Shown here in pieces: positions 14,163 to 28,307 of a stretch of DNA of 64,000 nt (the first letter of the stretch is position 1; each line of letters opens with the position of its first letter). The stretch is from the human T2T-CHM13v2.0 reference genome, Homo sapiens. The notes under the pieces are model-generated. The model was not told the DNA's origin. It saw only the letters and a list, made by a program, of their open reading frames with translations, and ran no database searches. Position numbers and translations under genes: made by a program. Location of the stretch: assembly GCA_009914755.4 (NCBI GenBank), contig CP086569.2:28256001-28320000 (forward strand), given 5' to 3'.

Positions 14163-17100
14163 CTCGAATAGAATGGACACGAATGCTCAAATTGAATGGA
14201 CTCGAATGGAATGGAAACGAAAGGAATGTCATCGAATGGAATTGAATCGATTGGAATGAAATCGCATAGAATGGAGTGGAATCAAATGGAATTGAATCGA
14301 AAGGAAAGGAAGCGAATGGACTGAAATGAAATGGAATGGAATTGAATGGAAAGTAAAGCAATGGAATAGAATGGAACGAAATTTCACGGAATGGAATCAA
14401 ACTGAATGGAATCAAATCAATGGAATATAATCAAATGGAATGGAAAGGAATTGAATGGAGTAGATGGGATTGGATGGGATTGGAATGAAATGTACTGGAA
14501 AGGACTCGAATTTCATGAAACGGAATGGAATGAATTGGAACGGAATGGACTCGAATGGAATGGAATGTCATGGAATGGCATCAAATGGAATGGAATCGAA
14601 TGCAATGGAATGCTATGGAATGGAATGGAATGCATTGGAATGGAATGTCCTCTAATGGAATGGATTCGAGTGGAATGGAATCGAATATAATGGAGTCGAA
14701 TGAAATGGAATTGAAAGGAATGGGATCGAATACAATGGAATATACTGGAATGTAATGTAATGAACTCGAATGTAATTGACTGGAATGGAATGTACATGAA
14801 TGGAATGTAATCGAATGGAAAGTAATCCAATGGAATAGAATCTAATGCAAGAAAATCGACTCAGATAGAGTAGAATGTAATGGAATGGAGTGCAGTGCAA
14901 TGGAATGGAATGGAATGGAATGCAATGGAATGGAATGGAATGGGATGGAATGGTATGGAATGGATAGTAATGGACTGGAGTGAAATGGACTGGAAAGGAA
15001 TGGACTCAAATTGAAAGGGCTCGAAAGGAATGGAGTCAAATGGAATGGTCTGGAATGGAATGAACACGAATGTAATGCAATCCAATAGAATGGAATCGAA
15101 TGGCATGGAATATAAAGAAATGGAATCGAAGAGAATGGAAACAAACGGAATGGAATTGAATGGAATGGAATTGAATGGAATGGGAACGAATGGAGTGAAA
15201 TTGTATGCAGTAGAAGAGAATAGAATGGAATGCAAGCGAAAGGAAAGGAATGGATTGGAATGGAATGGAATTCATTGGAATGGAAGGGAATGTAGTGTAA
15301 TGGACAGGCCTGGAATAAAGTGGAATGCTACGGTCTCGAATGGAATAAAAATGTATGGAATGGAATGCAATGAAACGGAATCGAATGTCATAGAATGTAA
15401 TGGAATGCAAAAAAATGGACTCCAAAATCATTGACTGGAAAGGCTGGGTGTCGAAAGGAATTGACTCCAATGGAATGGAATCGAATGGAATGGAAGTGAA
15501 TAGAATCGAACTAAATCGAATGGAATGGAATTGATAGGAACGGAATGGAAAGGAATGAAATGATTTAGCATGGAATGGAATCGAATGGCATCGAATGGAA
15601 TGGAATGGAATGCAATGCAATGGAATGTATTAGAATGTAATGAACTTTAATGGAATGTACTCGAATGGATTCGACTGGAATGGAATGTTCTGGAAGTGAA
15701 TGGACTCCAATGGAATGGATTGAAAAGGAATGGAATCGTACGGAATGGAATCTAATGGAATGGAATTAAATGGAAATGAATGAAATTGAATAGCACGGAA
15801 TTGAATTGAATGGAATCGAATGCAATGGAATCTAATGAAACGGAAAGGAAAGGAATGGAATGGAATGGAATGGGCTGGAATGGAAAGGAATCGAAACGAA
15901 TGGAATGGAATCGAACTGAAGAGACTGGAATGGAATGCACTGGAATGGAAGGGAGTGTAATGGAAGATTCTCGAAAAAAATGGAATTGAATGGAATGGAA
16001 TTGAATGGAACGGAATAGAGTCGAATGGAATTGAATGGAATGGAATGGACTAGAGTGAAATGGAATCGAACCACAAGGAATGGACAGGAATAGAATGGTC
16101 TCGAATTGAATGGAATCGTATGGAATGGCATCAAACGGAATGGAATGGACAGCCACGGAATGGAATGCACTCGAATGCAATGGAGTCGAAACTAATGGAC
16201 TGGAATAGAATGGACTCGACTGGTACGGACTCCAATGGAATGGAATCGAATGGAAGGGAATCGAACGGAATGGACTCGAAGGGAAAAGACTGCAATGGAA
16301 AGGTCTCGAATGGAATGGAAATTAATGGAATGGAATGGAATCGAATGAAATGGAGTCAAAAGGAATGGAATCGAATGGCAAGAAATCGAATGTAATGGAA
16401 TCGCAAGGAATTGATGTGAACGGAACGGAATGGAATGGAATCCAAAGAAATGGAATAGAATGGAATGGAATCGAATGGAAAGAACTCGAATGGAAATCAC
16501 TCGAATAGAATGCAATTTAATAAAATAGGATGAAATGTAATGGAATGGAATGGAAAGGAATCGAAACGAAAGGAATGGAGACAGATGGAATGGAATGGAA
16601 CAGAGAGAAATGGTATAGAATGGAATGGAATCATCTGGAATGGAATTGAATGGAATGGAATAATATGAAATGGAATGGAATGGAATGGAATGCCCTTGAA
16701 TTAAATGGACTGGAATGGAATGGACTCGAACAGAGTGGAATGGAATGTGTTGAGATAGAATGGAATGGACTCCTTTGGAATGGTCTAGTATGCAATGCAA
16801 TGGACTGGCAGGGAATCAAAAGGAATGTAATCGAATGGATTGGACTGGAATGCAATGGACTCGAATAGATTGGAAACGGAATGCAAAGGAATGGAATGGA
16901 ATAGTATGGAATGGAATGGAAAGGAATGGAGTGGAATAGACTAGAGTGGAATGGAATGGACTCGAAAGCAATGGACTGGAATGGAACTTTCTTGAATGGA
17001 CTGGAATCAAACGGAATGGAATGCAATGCAATCAAATGGCATGGAATAAAATAGAATGAAAGAGAATCAAATGGAATTGAATCGAATGCAATCGAATGGA

Positions 17101-17681
17101 TTGGAAAGGAATAGAATGGAATGGAATGGAATTGACTCAAATGGAATGGACTAGAATGGAATGGATTCGAATGGAAGGCAAAGGAATGGAATCTATTGGA
17201 ATGGACAGCAATGGAATGGAAAGGAAGGGATTGGAATGGACTCGAATGGAATGGACTGCAATAGAAAGGATTCGAATGGAATGAAAAAGAATTGAATGGA
17301 ATAGAACAGAATGGAATCAAATCGAATGAAATGGAATGGAATAGAAAGGAATGGAATGAAATGGAATGGAAAGGATTCGAATGGAATGCAATCGAATGGA
17401 ATGGAATCGAACGGAATGGAATAAAATGGAAGAAAACTGGCAAGAAATGGAATCGAAATGAATGGAGTGTTATGGAACGGACTCCAAAGGAATTGAATGT
17501 AATAGAATGGAGTGGAGTGGACTCGAATATAATGGACTGGAATGGAATGAAATCACATGGAATGGGAACGAATGGAATGGAATGGAAAGGAATGGAATCG
17601 AATGGAAAGGAATCGAATGGAAGGGAATGAAATTGAATCAACAGGAATGGAAGGGAATAGAATAGACGGTAATGGAATGGA
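14163..17681 (+). repeat. HOR unit 5 (3519 bp)
   Basis: Anchor recurrence; shares its variant set with unit 4. Confidence 0.9.
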
Positions 17682-20600
17682 CTCGAATAGAATGGACACG
17701 AATGCTCAAATTGAATGGACTCGAATGGAATGGAAACGAAAGGAATGTCATCGAATGGAATTGAATCGATTGGAATGAAATCGCATAGAATGGAGTGGAA
17801 TCAAATGGAATTGAATCGAAAGGAAAGGAAGCGAATGGACTGAAATGAAATGGAATGGAATTGAATGGAAAGTAAAGCAATGGAATAGAATGGAACGAAA
17901 TTTCACGGAATGGAATCAAACTGAATGGAATCAAATCAATGGAATATAATCAAATGGAATGGAAAGGAATTGAATGGAGTAGATGGGATTGGATGGGATT
18001 GGAATGAAATGTACTGGAAAGGACTCGAATTTCATGAAACGGAATGGAATGAATTGGAACGGAATGGACTCGAATGGAATGGAATGTCATGGAATGGCAT
18101 CAAATGGAATGGAATCGAATGCAATGGAATGCTATGGAATGGAATGGAATGCATTGGAATGGAATGTCCTCTAATGGAATGGATTCGAGTGGAATGGAAT
18201 CGAATATAATGGAGTCGAATGAAATGGAATTGAAAGGAATGGGATCGAATACAATGGAATATACTGGAATGTAATGTAATGAACTCGAATGTAATTGACT
18301 GGAATGGAATGTACATGAATGGAATGTAATCGAATGGAAAGTAATCCAATGGAATAGAATCTAATGCAAGAAAATCGACTCAGATAGAGTAGAATGTAAT
18401 GGAATGGAGTGCAGTGCAATGGAATGGAATGGAATGGAATGCAATGGAATGGAATGGAATGGGATGGAATGGTATGGAATGGATAGTAATGGACTGGAGT
18501 GAAATGGACTGGAAAGGAATGGACTCAAATTGAAAGGGCTCGAAAGGAATGGAGTCAAATGGAATGGTCTGGAATGGAATGAACACGAATGTAATGCAAT
18601 CCAATAGAATGGAATCGAATGGCATGGAATATAAAGAAATGGAATCGAAGAGAATGGAAACAAACGGAATGGAATTGAATGGAATGGAATTGAATGGAAT
18701 GGGAACGAATGTAGTGAAATTGTATGCAGTAGAAGAGAAAAGAGTGGAATGCAAGCGAAAGGAAAGGAATGGATTGGAATGGAATGGAATTCATGGGAAT
18801 GGAAGGGAATGTAGTGTAATGGACAGGCCTGGAATAAAGTGGAATGCTACGGTCTCGAATGGAATAAAAATGTATGGAATGGAATGCAAAGAAACAGAAT
18901 CGAATGTCATAGAATGTAATGGAATGCAAAAAAATGGACTCCAAAATCATTGACTGGAAAGGCTGGGTGTCGAAAGGAATTGACTCCAATGGAATGGAAT
19001 CGAATGGAATGGAAGTGAATAGAATCGAACTAAATCGAATGGAATGGAATTGATAGGAACGGAATGGAAAGGAATGAAATGATTTGGCATGGAATGGAAT
19101 CAAATGGCATCGAATGGAATGGAATGGAATGCAATGCAATGGAATGTATTAGAATGTAATGAACTTTAATGGAATGTACTCGAATGGATTCGACTGGAAT
19201 GGAATGTTCTGGAAGTGAATGGACTCCAATGGAATGGATTGAAAAGGAATGGAATCGTACGGAATGGAATCTAATGGAATGGAATTAAATGGAAATGAAT
19301 GAAATTGAATAGCACGGAATTGAATTGAATGGAATCGAATGCAATGGAATCTAATGAAACGGAAAGGAAAGGAATGGAATGGAATGGAATGGGCTGGAAT
19401 GGAAAGGAATCGAAACGAATGGAATGGAATCGAACTGAAGAGACTGGAATGGAATGCACTGGAATGGAAGGGAGTGTAATGGAAGGTTCTCGAAAAAAAT
19501 GGAATCGAATGGAATGGAATTGAATGGAACGGAATAGAGTCGAATGGAATTGAATGGAATGGAATGGACTAGAGTGAAATGGAATCGAACCACAAGGAAT
19601 GGACAGGAATAGAATGGTCTCGAATTGAATGGAATCGTATGGAATGGCATCAAACGGAATGGAATGGACAGCCACGGAATGGAATGCACTCGAATGCAAT
19701 GGAGTCGAACCTAATGGACTGGAATAGAATGGACTCGACTGGTACGGACTCCAATGGAATGGAATCGAATGGAAGGGAATCGAACGGAATGGACTCGAAG
19801 GGAAAAGACTGCAATGGAAAGGTCTCGAATGGAATGGAAATTAATGGAATGGAATGGAATCGAATGAAATGGAGTCAAAAGGAATGGAATCGAATGGCAA
19901 GAAATCGAATGTAATGGAATCGCAAGGAATTGATGTGAACGGAACGGAATGGAATGGAATCCAAAGAAATGGAATAGAATGGAATGGAATCGAATGGAAA
20001 GAACTCGAATGGAAATCACTCGAATAGAATGCAATTTAATAAAATAGGATGAAATGTAATGGAATGGAATGGAAAGGAATCGAAACGAAAGGAATGGAGA
20101 CAGATGGAATGGAATGGAACAGAGAGCAATGGTATAGAATGGAATGGAATCATCTGGAATGGAATTGAATGGAATGGAATAATATGAAATGGAATGGAAT
20201 GGAATGGAATGCCCTTGAATTAAATGGACTGGAATGGAATGGACTCGAACAGAGTGGAATGGAATGTGTTGAGATAGAATGGAATGGACTCCTTTGGAAT
20301 GGTGTAGTATGCAATGCAATCGACTGGCAGGGAATCAAAAGGAATGTAATCGAATGGATTGGACTGGAATGTAATGGACTCGAATAGATTGGAAACGGAA
20401 TGCAAAGGAATGGAATGGAATAGTATGGAATGGAATGGAAAGGAATGGAGTGGAATAGACTAGAGTGGAATGGAATGGACTCGAAAGCAATGGACTGGAA
20501 TGGAACTTTCTTGAATGGACTGGAATCAAACGGAATGGAATGCAATGCAATCAAATGGCATGGAATAAAATAGAATGAAAGAGAATCAAATGGAATTGAA

Positions 20601-21200
20601 TCGAATGGAATCGAATGGATTGGAAAGGAATAGAATGGAATGGAATGGAATTGACTCAAATGGAATGGACTAGAATGGAATGGATTCGAATGGAAGGCAA
20701 AGGAATGGAATCTATTGGAATGGACAGCAATGGAATGGAAAGGAAGGGATTGGAATGGACTCGAATGGAATGGACTGCAATAGAAAGGATTCGAATGGAA
20801 TGAAAAAGAATTGAATGGAATAGAACAGAATGGAATCAAATCGAATGAAATGGAATGGAATAGAAAGGAATGGAATGAAATGGAATGGAAAGGATTCGAA
20901 TGGAATGCAATCGAATGGAATGGAATCGAACGGAATGGAATAAAATGGAAGAAAACTGGCAAGAAATGGAATCGAAATGAATGGAGTGTTATGGAACGGA
21001 CTCCAAAGGAATTGAATGTAATAGAATGGAGTGGAGTGGACTCGAATATAATGGACTGGAATGGAATGAAATCACATGGAATGGGAACGAATGGAATGGA
21101 ATGGAAAGGAATGGAATCGAATGGAAAGGAATCGAATGGAAGGGAATGAAATTGAATCAACAGGAATGGAAGGGAATAGAATAGACGGTAATGGAATGGA
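17682..21200 (+). repeat. HOR unit 6 (3519 bp)
   Basis: Anchor recurrence. Variants 'ggaatggtgtagtatgc', 'ctggaatgtaatggactcg', LHH and TTPFQ are shared with units 10 and 12. Confidence 0.9.
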
Positions 21201-24200
21201 CTCGAATAGAATGGACACGAATGCTCAAATTGAATGTACTCGAATGGAATGGAAACGAAAGGAATGTCATCGAATGGAATTGAATCGATTGGAATGAAAT
21301 CGCATAGAATGGAGTGGAATCAAATGGAATTGAATGGAAAGGAAAGGAAGCGAATGGACTGAAATGAAATGGAATGGAATTGAATGGAAAGTAAAGCAAT
21401 GGAATAGAATGGAACGAAATTTCACGGAATGGAATCAAACTGAATGGAATCAAATCAATGGAATATAATCAAATGGAATGGAAAGGAATTGAATGGAGTA
21501 GATGGGATTGGATGGGATTGGAATGAAATGTACTGGAAAGGACTGGAATTTCATGAAACGGAATGGAATGAATTGGAACGGAATGGACTCGAATGGAATG
21601 GAATGTCATGGAATGGCATCAAATGGAATGGAATCGAATGCAATGGAATGCTATGGAATGGAATGGAATGCATTGGAATGGAATGTCCTCTAATAGAATG
21701 GATTCGAGTGGAATGGAATCGAATATAATGGAGTCGAATGAAATGGAATTGAAAGGAATGGGATCGAATACAATGGAATATACTGGAATGTAATGTAATG
21801 AACTCGAATGTAATTGACTGGAATGGAATGTACATGAATGGAATGTAATCGAATGGAAAGTAATACAATGGAATAGAATCTAATGCAAGAAAATCGACTC
21901 AGATAGAGTAGAATGTAATGGAATGGAATGCAGTGCAATGGAATGGAATGGAATGGAATGCAATGGAATGGAATGGAATGGGATGGAATGGTATGGAATG
22001 GATAGTAATGGACTGGAGTGAAATGGACTGGAAAGGAATGGACTCAAATTGAAAGGGCTTGAAAGGAATGGAGTCAAATGGAATGGTCTGGAATGGAATG
22101 AACACGAATGTAATGCAATCCAATAGAATGGAATCGAATGGCATGGAATATAAAGAAATGGAATCGAAGAGAATGGAAACAAACGGAATGGAATTGAATG
22201 GAATGGAATTGAATGGAATGGGAACGAATGGAGTGAAATTTTATGCAGTAGAAGAGAATAGAATGGAATGCAAGCGAAAGGAAAGGAATGGATTGGAATG
22301 GAATGGAATTCATGGGAATGGAAGGAATGTAGTGTAATGGACAGGCCTGGAATAAAGTGGAATGCTACGGTCTCGAATGGAATAAAAATGTATGGAATGG
22401 AATGCAAAGAAACGGAATCGAATGTCATAGAATGTAATGGAATGCAAAAAAATGGACTCCAAAATCATTGACTGGAAAGGCTGGGTGTCGAAAGGAATTG
22501 ACTCCAATGGAATGGAATCGAATGGAATGGAAGTGAATAGAATCGAACTAAATCGAATGGAATGGAATTGATAGGAACGGAATGGAAAGGAATGAAATGA
22601 TTTGGCATGGAATGGAATCGAATGGCACCGAATGGAATGGAATGGAATGCAATGCAATGGAATGTATTAGAATGTAATGAACTTTAATGGAATGTACTCG
22701 AATGGATTCGACTGGAATGGAATGTTCTGGAAGTGAATGGACTCCAACGGAATGGATTGAAAAGGAATGGAATCGTACGGAATGGAATCTAATGGAATGG
22801 AATTAAATGGAAATGAATGAAATTGAATAGCACGGAATTGAATTGAATGGAATCGAATGCAATGGAATCTAATGAAACGGAAAGGAAAGGAATGGAATGG
22901 AATGGAATGGGCTGGAATGGAAAGGAATCGAAACGAATGGAATGGAATCGAACTGAAGAGACTGGAATGGAATGCACTGGAATGGAAGGGAGTGTAATGG
23001 AAGGTTCTCGAAATAAATGGAATCGAATGGAATGGAATTGAATGGAACGGAATAGAGTCGAATGGAATTGAATGGAATGGAATGGACTAGAGTGAAATGG
23101 AATCGAACCACAAGGAATGGACAGGAATAGAATGGTCTCGAATTGAATGGAATCGTATGGAATGGCATCAAACGGAATGGAATGGACAGCCACGGAATGG
23201 AATGCACTCGAATGCAATGGAGTCGAACCTAATGGACTGGAATAGAATGGACTCGACTGGTACGGACTCCAATGGAATGGAATCGAATGGAAGGGAATCG
23301 AACGGAATGGACTCGAAGGGAAAAGACTGCAATGGAAAGGTCTCGAATGGAATGGAAATTAATGGAATGGAATGGAATCGAATGAAATGGAGTCAAAAGG
23401 AATGGAATCGAATGGCAAGAAATCGAATGTAATGGAATCGCAAGGAATTGATGTGAACGGAACGGAATGGAATGGAATCCAAAGAAATGGAATAGAATGG
23501 AATGGAATCGAATGGAAAGAACTCGAATGGAAATCACTCGAATAGAATGCAATTTAATAAAATAGGATGAAATGTAATGGAATGGAATGGAAAGGAATCG
23601 AAACGAAAGGAATGGAGACAGATGGAATGGAATGGAACAGAGAGCAATGGTATAGAATGGAATGGAATCATCTGGAATGGAATTGAATGGAATGGAATAA
23701 TATGAAATGGAATGGAATGGAATGGAATGCCCTTGAATTAAATGGACTGGAATGGAATGGACTCGAACAGAGTGGAATGGAATGTGTTGAGATAGAATGG
23801 AATGGACTCTTTTGGAATGGTCTAGTATGCAATGCAATGGACTGGCAGGGAATCAAAAGGAATGTAATCGAATGGATTGGACTGGAATGCAATGGACTCG
23901 AATAGATAGGAAACGGAATGCAAAGGAATGGAATGGAATAGTATGGAATGGAATGGAAAGGAATGGAGTGGAATAGACTAGAGTGGAATGGAATGGACTC
24001 GAAAGCAATGGACTGGAATGGAACTTTCTTGAATGGACTGGAATCAAACGGAATGGAATGCAATGCAATCAAATGGCATGGAATAAAATAGAATGAAAGA
24101 GAATCAAATGGAATTGAATCGAATGCAATCGAATGGATTGGAAAGGAATAGAATGGAATGGAATGGAATTGACTCAAATGGAATGGACTAGAATGGAATG

Positions 24201-24718
24201 GATTCGAATGGAAGGCAAAGGAATGGAATCTATTGGAATGGACAGCAATGGAATGGAAAGGAAGGGATTGGAATGGACTCGAATGGAATGGACTGCAATA
24301 GAAAGGATTCGAATGGAATGAAAAAGAATTGAATGGAATAGAACAGAATGGAATCAAATCGAATGAAATGGAATGGAATAGAAAGGAATGGAATGAAATG
24401 GAATGGAAAGGATTCGAATGGAATGCAATCGAATGGAATGGAATCGAACGGAATGGAATAAAATGGAAGAAAACTGGCAAGAAATGGAATCGAAATGAAT
24501 GGAGTGTTATGGAACGGACTCCAAAGGAATTGAATGTAATAGAATGGAGTGGAGTGGACTCGAATATAATGGACTGGAATGGAATGAAATCACATGGAAT
24601 GGGAACGAATGGAATGGAATGGAAAGGAATGGAATCGAATGGAAAGGAATCGAATGGAAGGGAATGAAATTGAATCAACAGGAATGGAAGGGAATAGAAT
24701 AGACGGTAATGGAATGGA
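21201..24718 (+). repeat. HOR unit 7 (3518 bp)
   Basis: Anchor recurrence. A 1-bp deletion at ~22321 ('ggaatggaaggaatgtagtg') shifts frame, producing the aberrant ORFs 21880-22428(-) and 22059-22337(+). Shares 'gggcttgaaagg' and 'ccaacgg' with unit 1. Confidence 0.9.
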
Positions 24719-27700
24719 CTCGAATAGAATGGACACGAATGCTCAAATTGAATGGACTCGAATGGAATGGAAACGAAAGGAATGTCATCGAATGGAATTG
24801 AATCGATTGGAATGAAATCGCATAGAATGGAGTGGAATCAAATGGAATTGAATCGAAAGGAAAGGAAGCGAATGGACTGAAATGAAATGGAATGGAATTG
24901 AATGGAAAGTAAAGCAATGGAATAGAATGGAACGAAATTTCACGGAATGGAATCAAACTGAATGGAATCAAATCAATGGAATATAATCAAATGGAATGGA
25001 AAGGAATTGAATGGAGTAGATGGGATTGGATGGGATTGGAATGAAATGTACTGGAAAGGACTCGAATTTCATGAAACGGAATGGAATGAATTGGAACGGA
25101 ATGGACTCGAATGGAATGGAATGTCATGGAATGGCATCAAATGGAATGGAATCGAATGCAATGGAATGCTATGGAACGGAATGGAATGCATTGGAATGGA
25201 ATGTCCTCTAATGGAATGGATTCGAGTGGAATGGAATCGAATATAATGGAGTCGAATGAAATGGAATTGAAAGGAATGGGATCGAATACATTGGAATATA
25301 CTGGAATGTAATGTAATGAACTCGAATGTAATTGACTGGAATGGAATGTACATGAATGGAATGTAATCGAATGGAAAGTAATCCAATGGAATAGAATCTA
25401 ATGCAATTAAATCGACTCAGATAGAGTAGAATGTAATGGAATGGAGTGCAGTGCAATGGAATGGAATGGAATGGAATGCAATGGAATGGAATGGAATGGA
25501 ATGGAATGCAATGGAATAGAATGGAATGGGATGGAATGGTATGGAATGGAATGGAATGGAATGGAATGGGATGGAATGGTATGGAATGGATAGTAATGGA
25601 CTGGAGGGAAATGGACTGGAAAGGAATGGACTCAAATTGAAAGGGCTCGAAAGGAATGGAGTCAAATGGAATGGTCTGGAATGGAATGAACACGAATGTA
25701 ATACAATCCAATAGAATGGAATCGAATGGCATGGAATATAAAGAAATGGAATCGAAGAGAATGGAAACAAACGGAATGGAATTGAATGGAATGGAATTGA
25801 ATGGAATGGGAACGAATGGAGTGAAATTGTATGCAGTAGAAGAGAATAGAATGGAATGCAAGCGAAAGGAAAGGAATGGATTGGAATGGAATGGAATTCA
25901 TTGGAATGGAAGGGAATGTAGTGTAATGGACAGGCCTGGAATAAAGTGGAATGCTACGGTCTCGAATGGAATAAAAATGTATGGAATGGAATGCAATGAA
26001 ACGGAATCGAATGTCATAGAATGTAATGGAATGCAAAAAAATGGACTCCAAAATCATTGACTGGAAAGGCTGGGTGTCGAAAGGAATTGACTCCAATGGA
26101 ATGGAATCGAATGGAATGGAAGTGAATAGAATCGAACTAAATCGAATGGAATGGAATTGATAGGAACGGAATGGAAAGGAATGAAATGATTTAGCATGGA
26201 ATGGAATCGAATGGCATCGAATGGAATGGAATGGAATGCAATGCAATGGAATGTATTAGAATGTAATGAACTTTAATGGAATGTACTCGAATGGATTCGA
26301 CTGGAATGGAATGTTCTGGAAGTGAATGGACTCCAATGGAATGGATTGAAAAGGAATGGAATCGTACGGAATGGAATCTAATGGAATGGAATTAAATGGA
26401 AATGAATGAAATTGAATAGCACGGAATTGAATTGAATGGAATCGAATGCAATGGAATCTAATGAAACGGAAAGGAAAGGAATGGAATGGAATGGAATGGG
26501 CTGGAATGGAAAGGAATCGAAACGAATGGAATGGAATCGAACTGAAGAGACTGGAATGGAATGCACTGGAATGGAAGGGAGTGTATTGGAAGATTCTCGA
26601 AAAAAATGGAATTGAATGGAATGGAATTGAATGGAACGGAATAGAGTCGAATGGAATTGAATGGAATGGAATGGACTAGAGTGAAATGGAATCGAACCAC
26701 AAGGAATGGACAGGAAAAAAATGGTCTCGAATTGAATGGAATCGTATGGAATGGCATCAAACGGAATGGAATGGACAGCCACGGAATGGAATGCACTCGA
26801 ATGCAATGGAGTCGAAACTAATGGACTGGAATAGAATGGACTCGACTGGTACGGACTCCAATGGAATGGAATCGAATGGAAGGGAATCGAACGGAATGGA
26901 CTCGAAGGGAAAAGACTGCAATGGAAAGGTCTCGAATGGAATGGAAATTAATGGAATGGAATGGAATCGAATGAAATGGAGTCAAAAGGAATGGAATCGA
27001 ATGGCAAGAAATCGAATGTAATGGAATCGCAAGGAATTGATGTGAACGGAACGGAATGGAATGGAATCCAAAGAAATGGAATAGAATGGAATGGAATCGA
27101 ATGGAAAGAACTCGAATGGAAATCACTCGAATAGAATGCAATTTAATAAAATAGGATGAAATGTAATGGAATGGAATGGAAAGGAATCGAAACGAAAGGA
27201 ATGGAGACAGATGGAATGGAATGGAACAGAGAGCAATGGTATAGAATGGAATGGAATCATCTGGAATGGAATTGAATGGAATGGAATAATATGAAATGGA
27301 ATGGAATGGAATGGAATGCCCTTGAATTAAATGGACTGGAATGGAATGGACTCGAACAGAGTGGAATGGAAAGTGTTGAGATAGAATGGAATGGACTCCT
27401 TTGGAATGGTCTAGTATGCAATGCAATCGACTGGCAGGGAATCAAAAGGAATGTAATCGAATGGATTGGACTGGAATGCAATGGACTCGAATAGATTGGA
27501 AACGGAATGCAAAGGAATGGAATGGAATAGTATGGAATGGAATGGAAAGGAATGGAGTGGAATAGACTAGAGTGGAATGGAATGGACTCGAAAGCAATGG
27601 ACTGGAATGGAACTTTCTTGAATGGACTGGAATCAAACGGAATGGAATGCAATGCAATCAAATGGCATGGAATAAAATAGAATGAAAGAGAATCAAATGG

Positions 27701-28307
27701 AATTGAATCGAATGCAATCGAATGGATTGGAAAGGAATAGAATGGAATGGAATGGAATTGACTCAAATGGAATGGACTAGAATGGAATGGATTCGAATGG
27801 AAGGCAAAGGAATGGAATCTATTGGAATGGACAGCAATGGAATGGAAAGGAAGGGATTGGAATGGACTCGAATGGAATGGACTGCAATAGAAAGGATTCG
27901 AATGGAATGAAAAAGAATTGAATGGAATAGAACAGAATGGAATCAAATCGAATGAAATGGAATGGAATAGAAAGGAATGGAATGAAATGGAATGGAAAGG
28001 ATTCGAATGGAATGCAATCGAATGGAATGGAATCGAACGGAATGGAATAAAATGGAAGAAAACTGGCAAGAAATGGAATCGAAATGAATGGAGTGTTATG
28101 GAACGGACTCCAAAGGAATTGAATGTAATAGAATGGAGTGGAGTGGACTCGAATATAATGGACTGGAATGGAATGAAATCACATGGAATGGGAACGAATG
28201 GAATGGAATGGAAAGGAATGGAATCGAATGGAAAGGAATCGAATGGAAGGGAATGAAATTGAATCAACAGGAATGGAAGGGAATAGAATAGACGGTAATG
28301 GAATGGA
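24719..28307 (+). repeat. HOR unit 8 (3589 bp; long variant)
   Basis: Anchor recurrence. The expanded (GGAAT)n tract at 25446-25600 is the same expansion as in unit 2, and 'gcaattaaatcg' (~25401) is also shared with unit 2. It has no 15-bp duplication. Confidence 0.9.
25446..25600 (+). repeat. Expanded near-pure (GGAAT)n tract inside unit 8 (same expansion allele as unit 2)
   Basis: Same layout of GCAAT, GGGAT and GGTAT interruptions as 4262-4410. The ORF translations 'MQCNGMEWNGMQWNGMEWNGMQWN...' at 4262 and 25446 are nearly identical. Confidence 0.85.
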
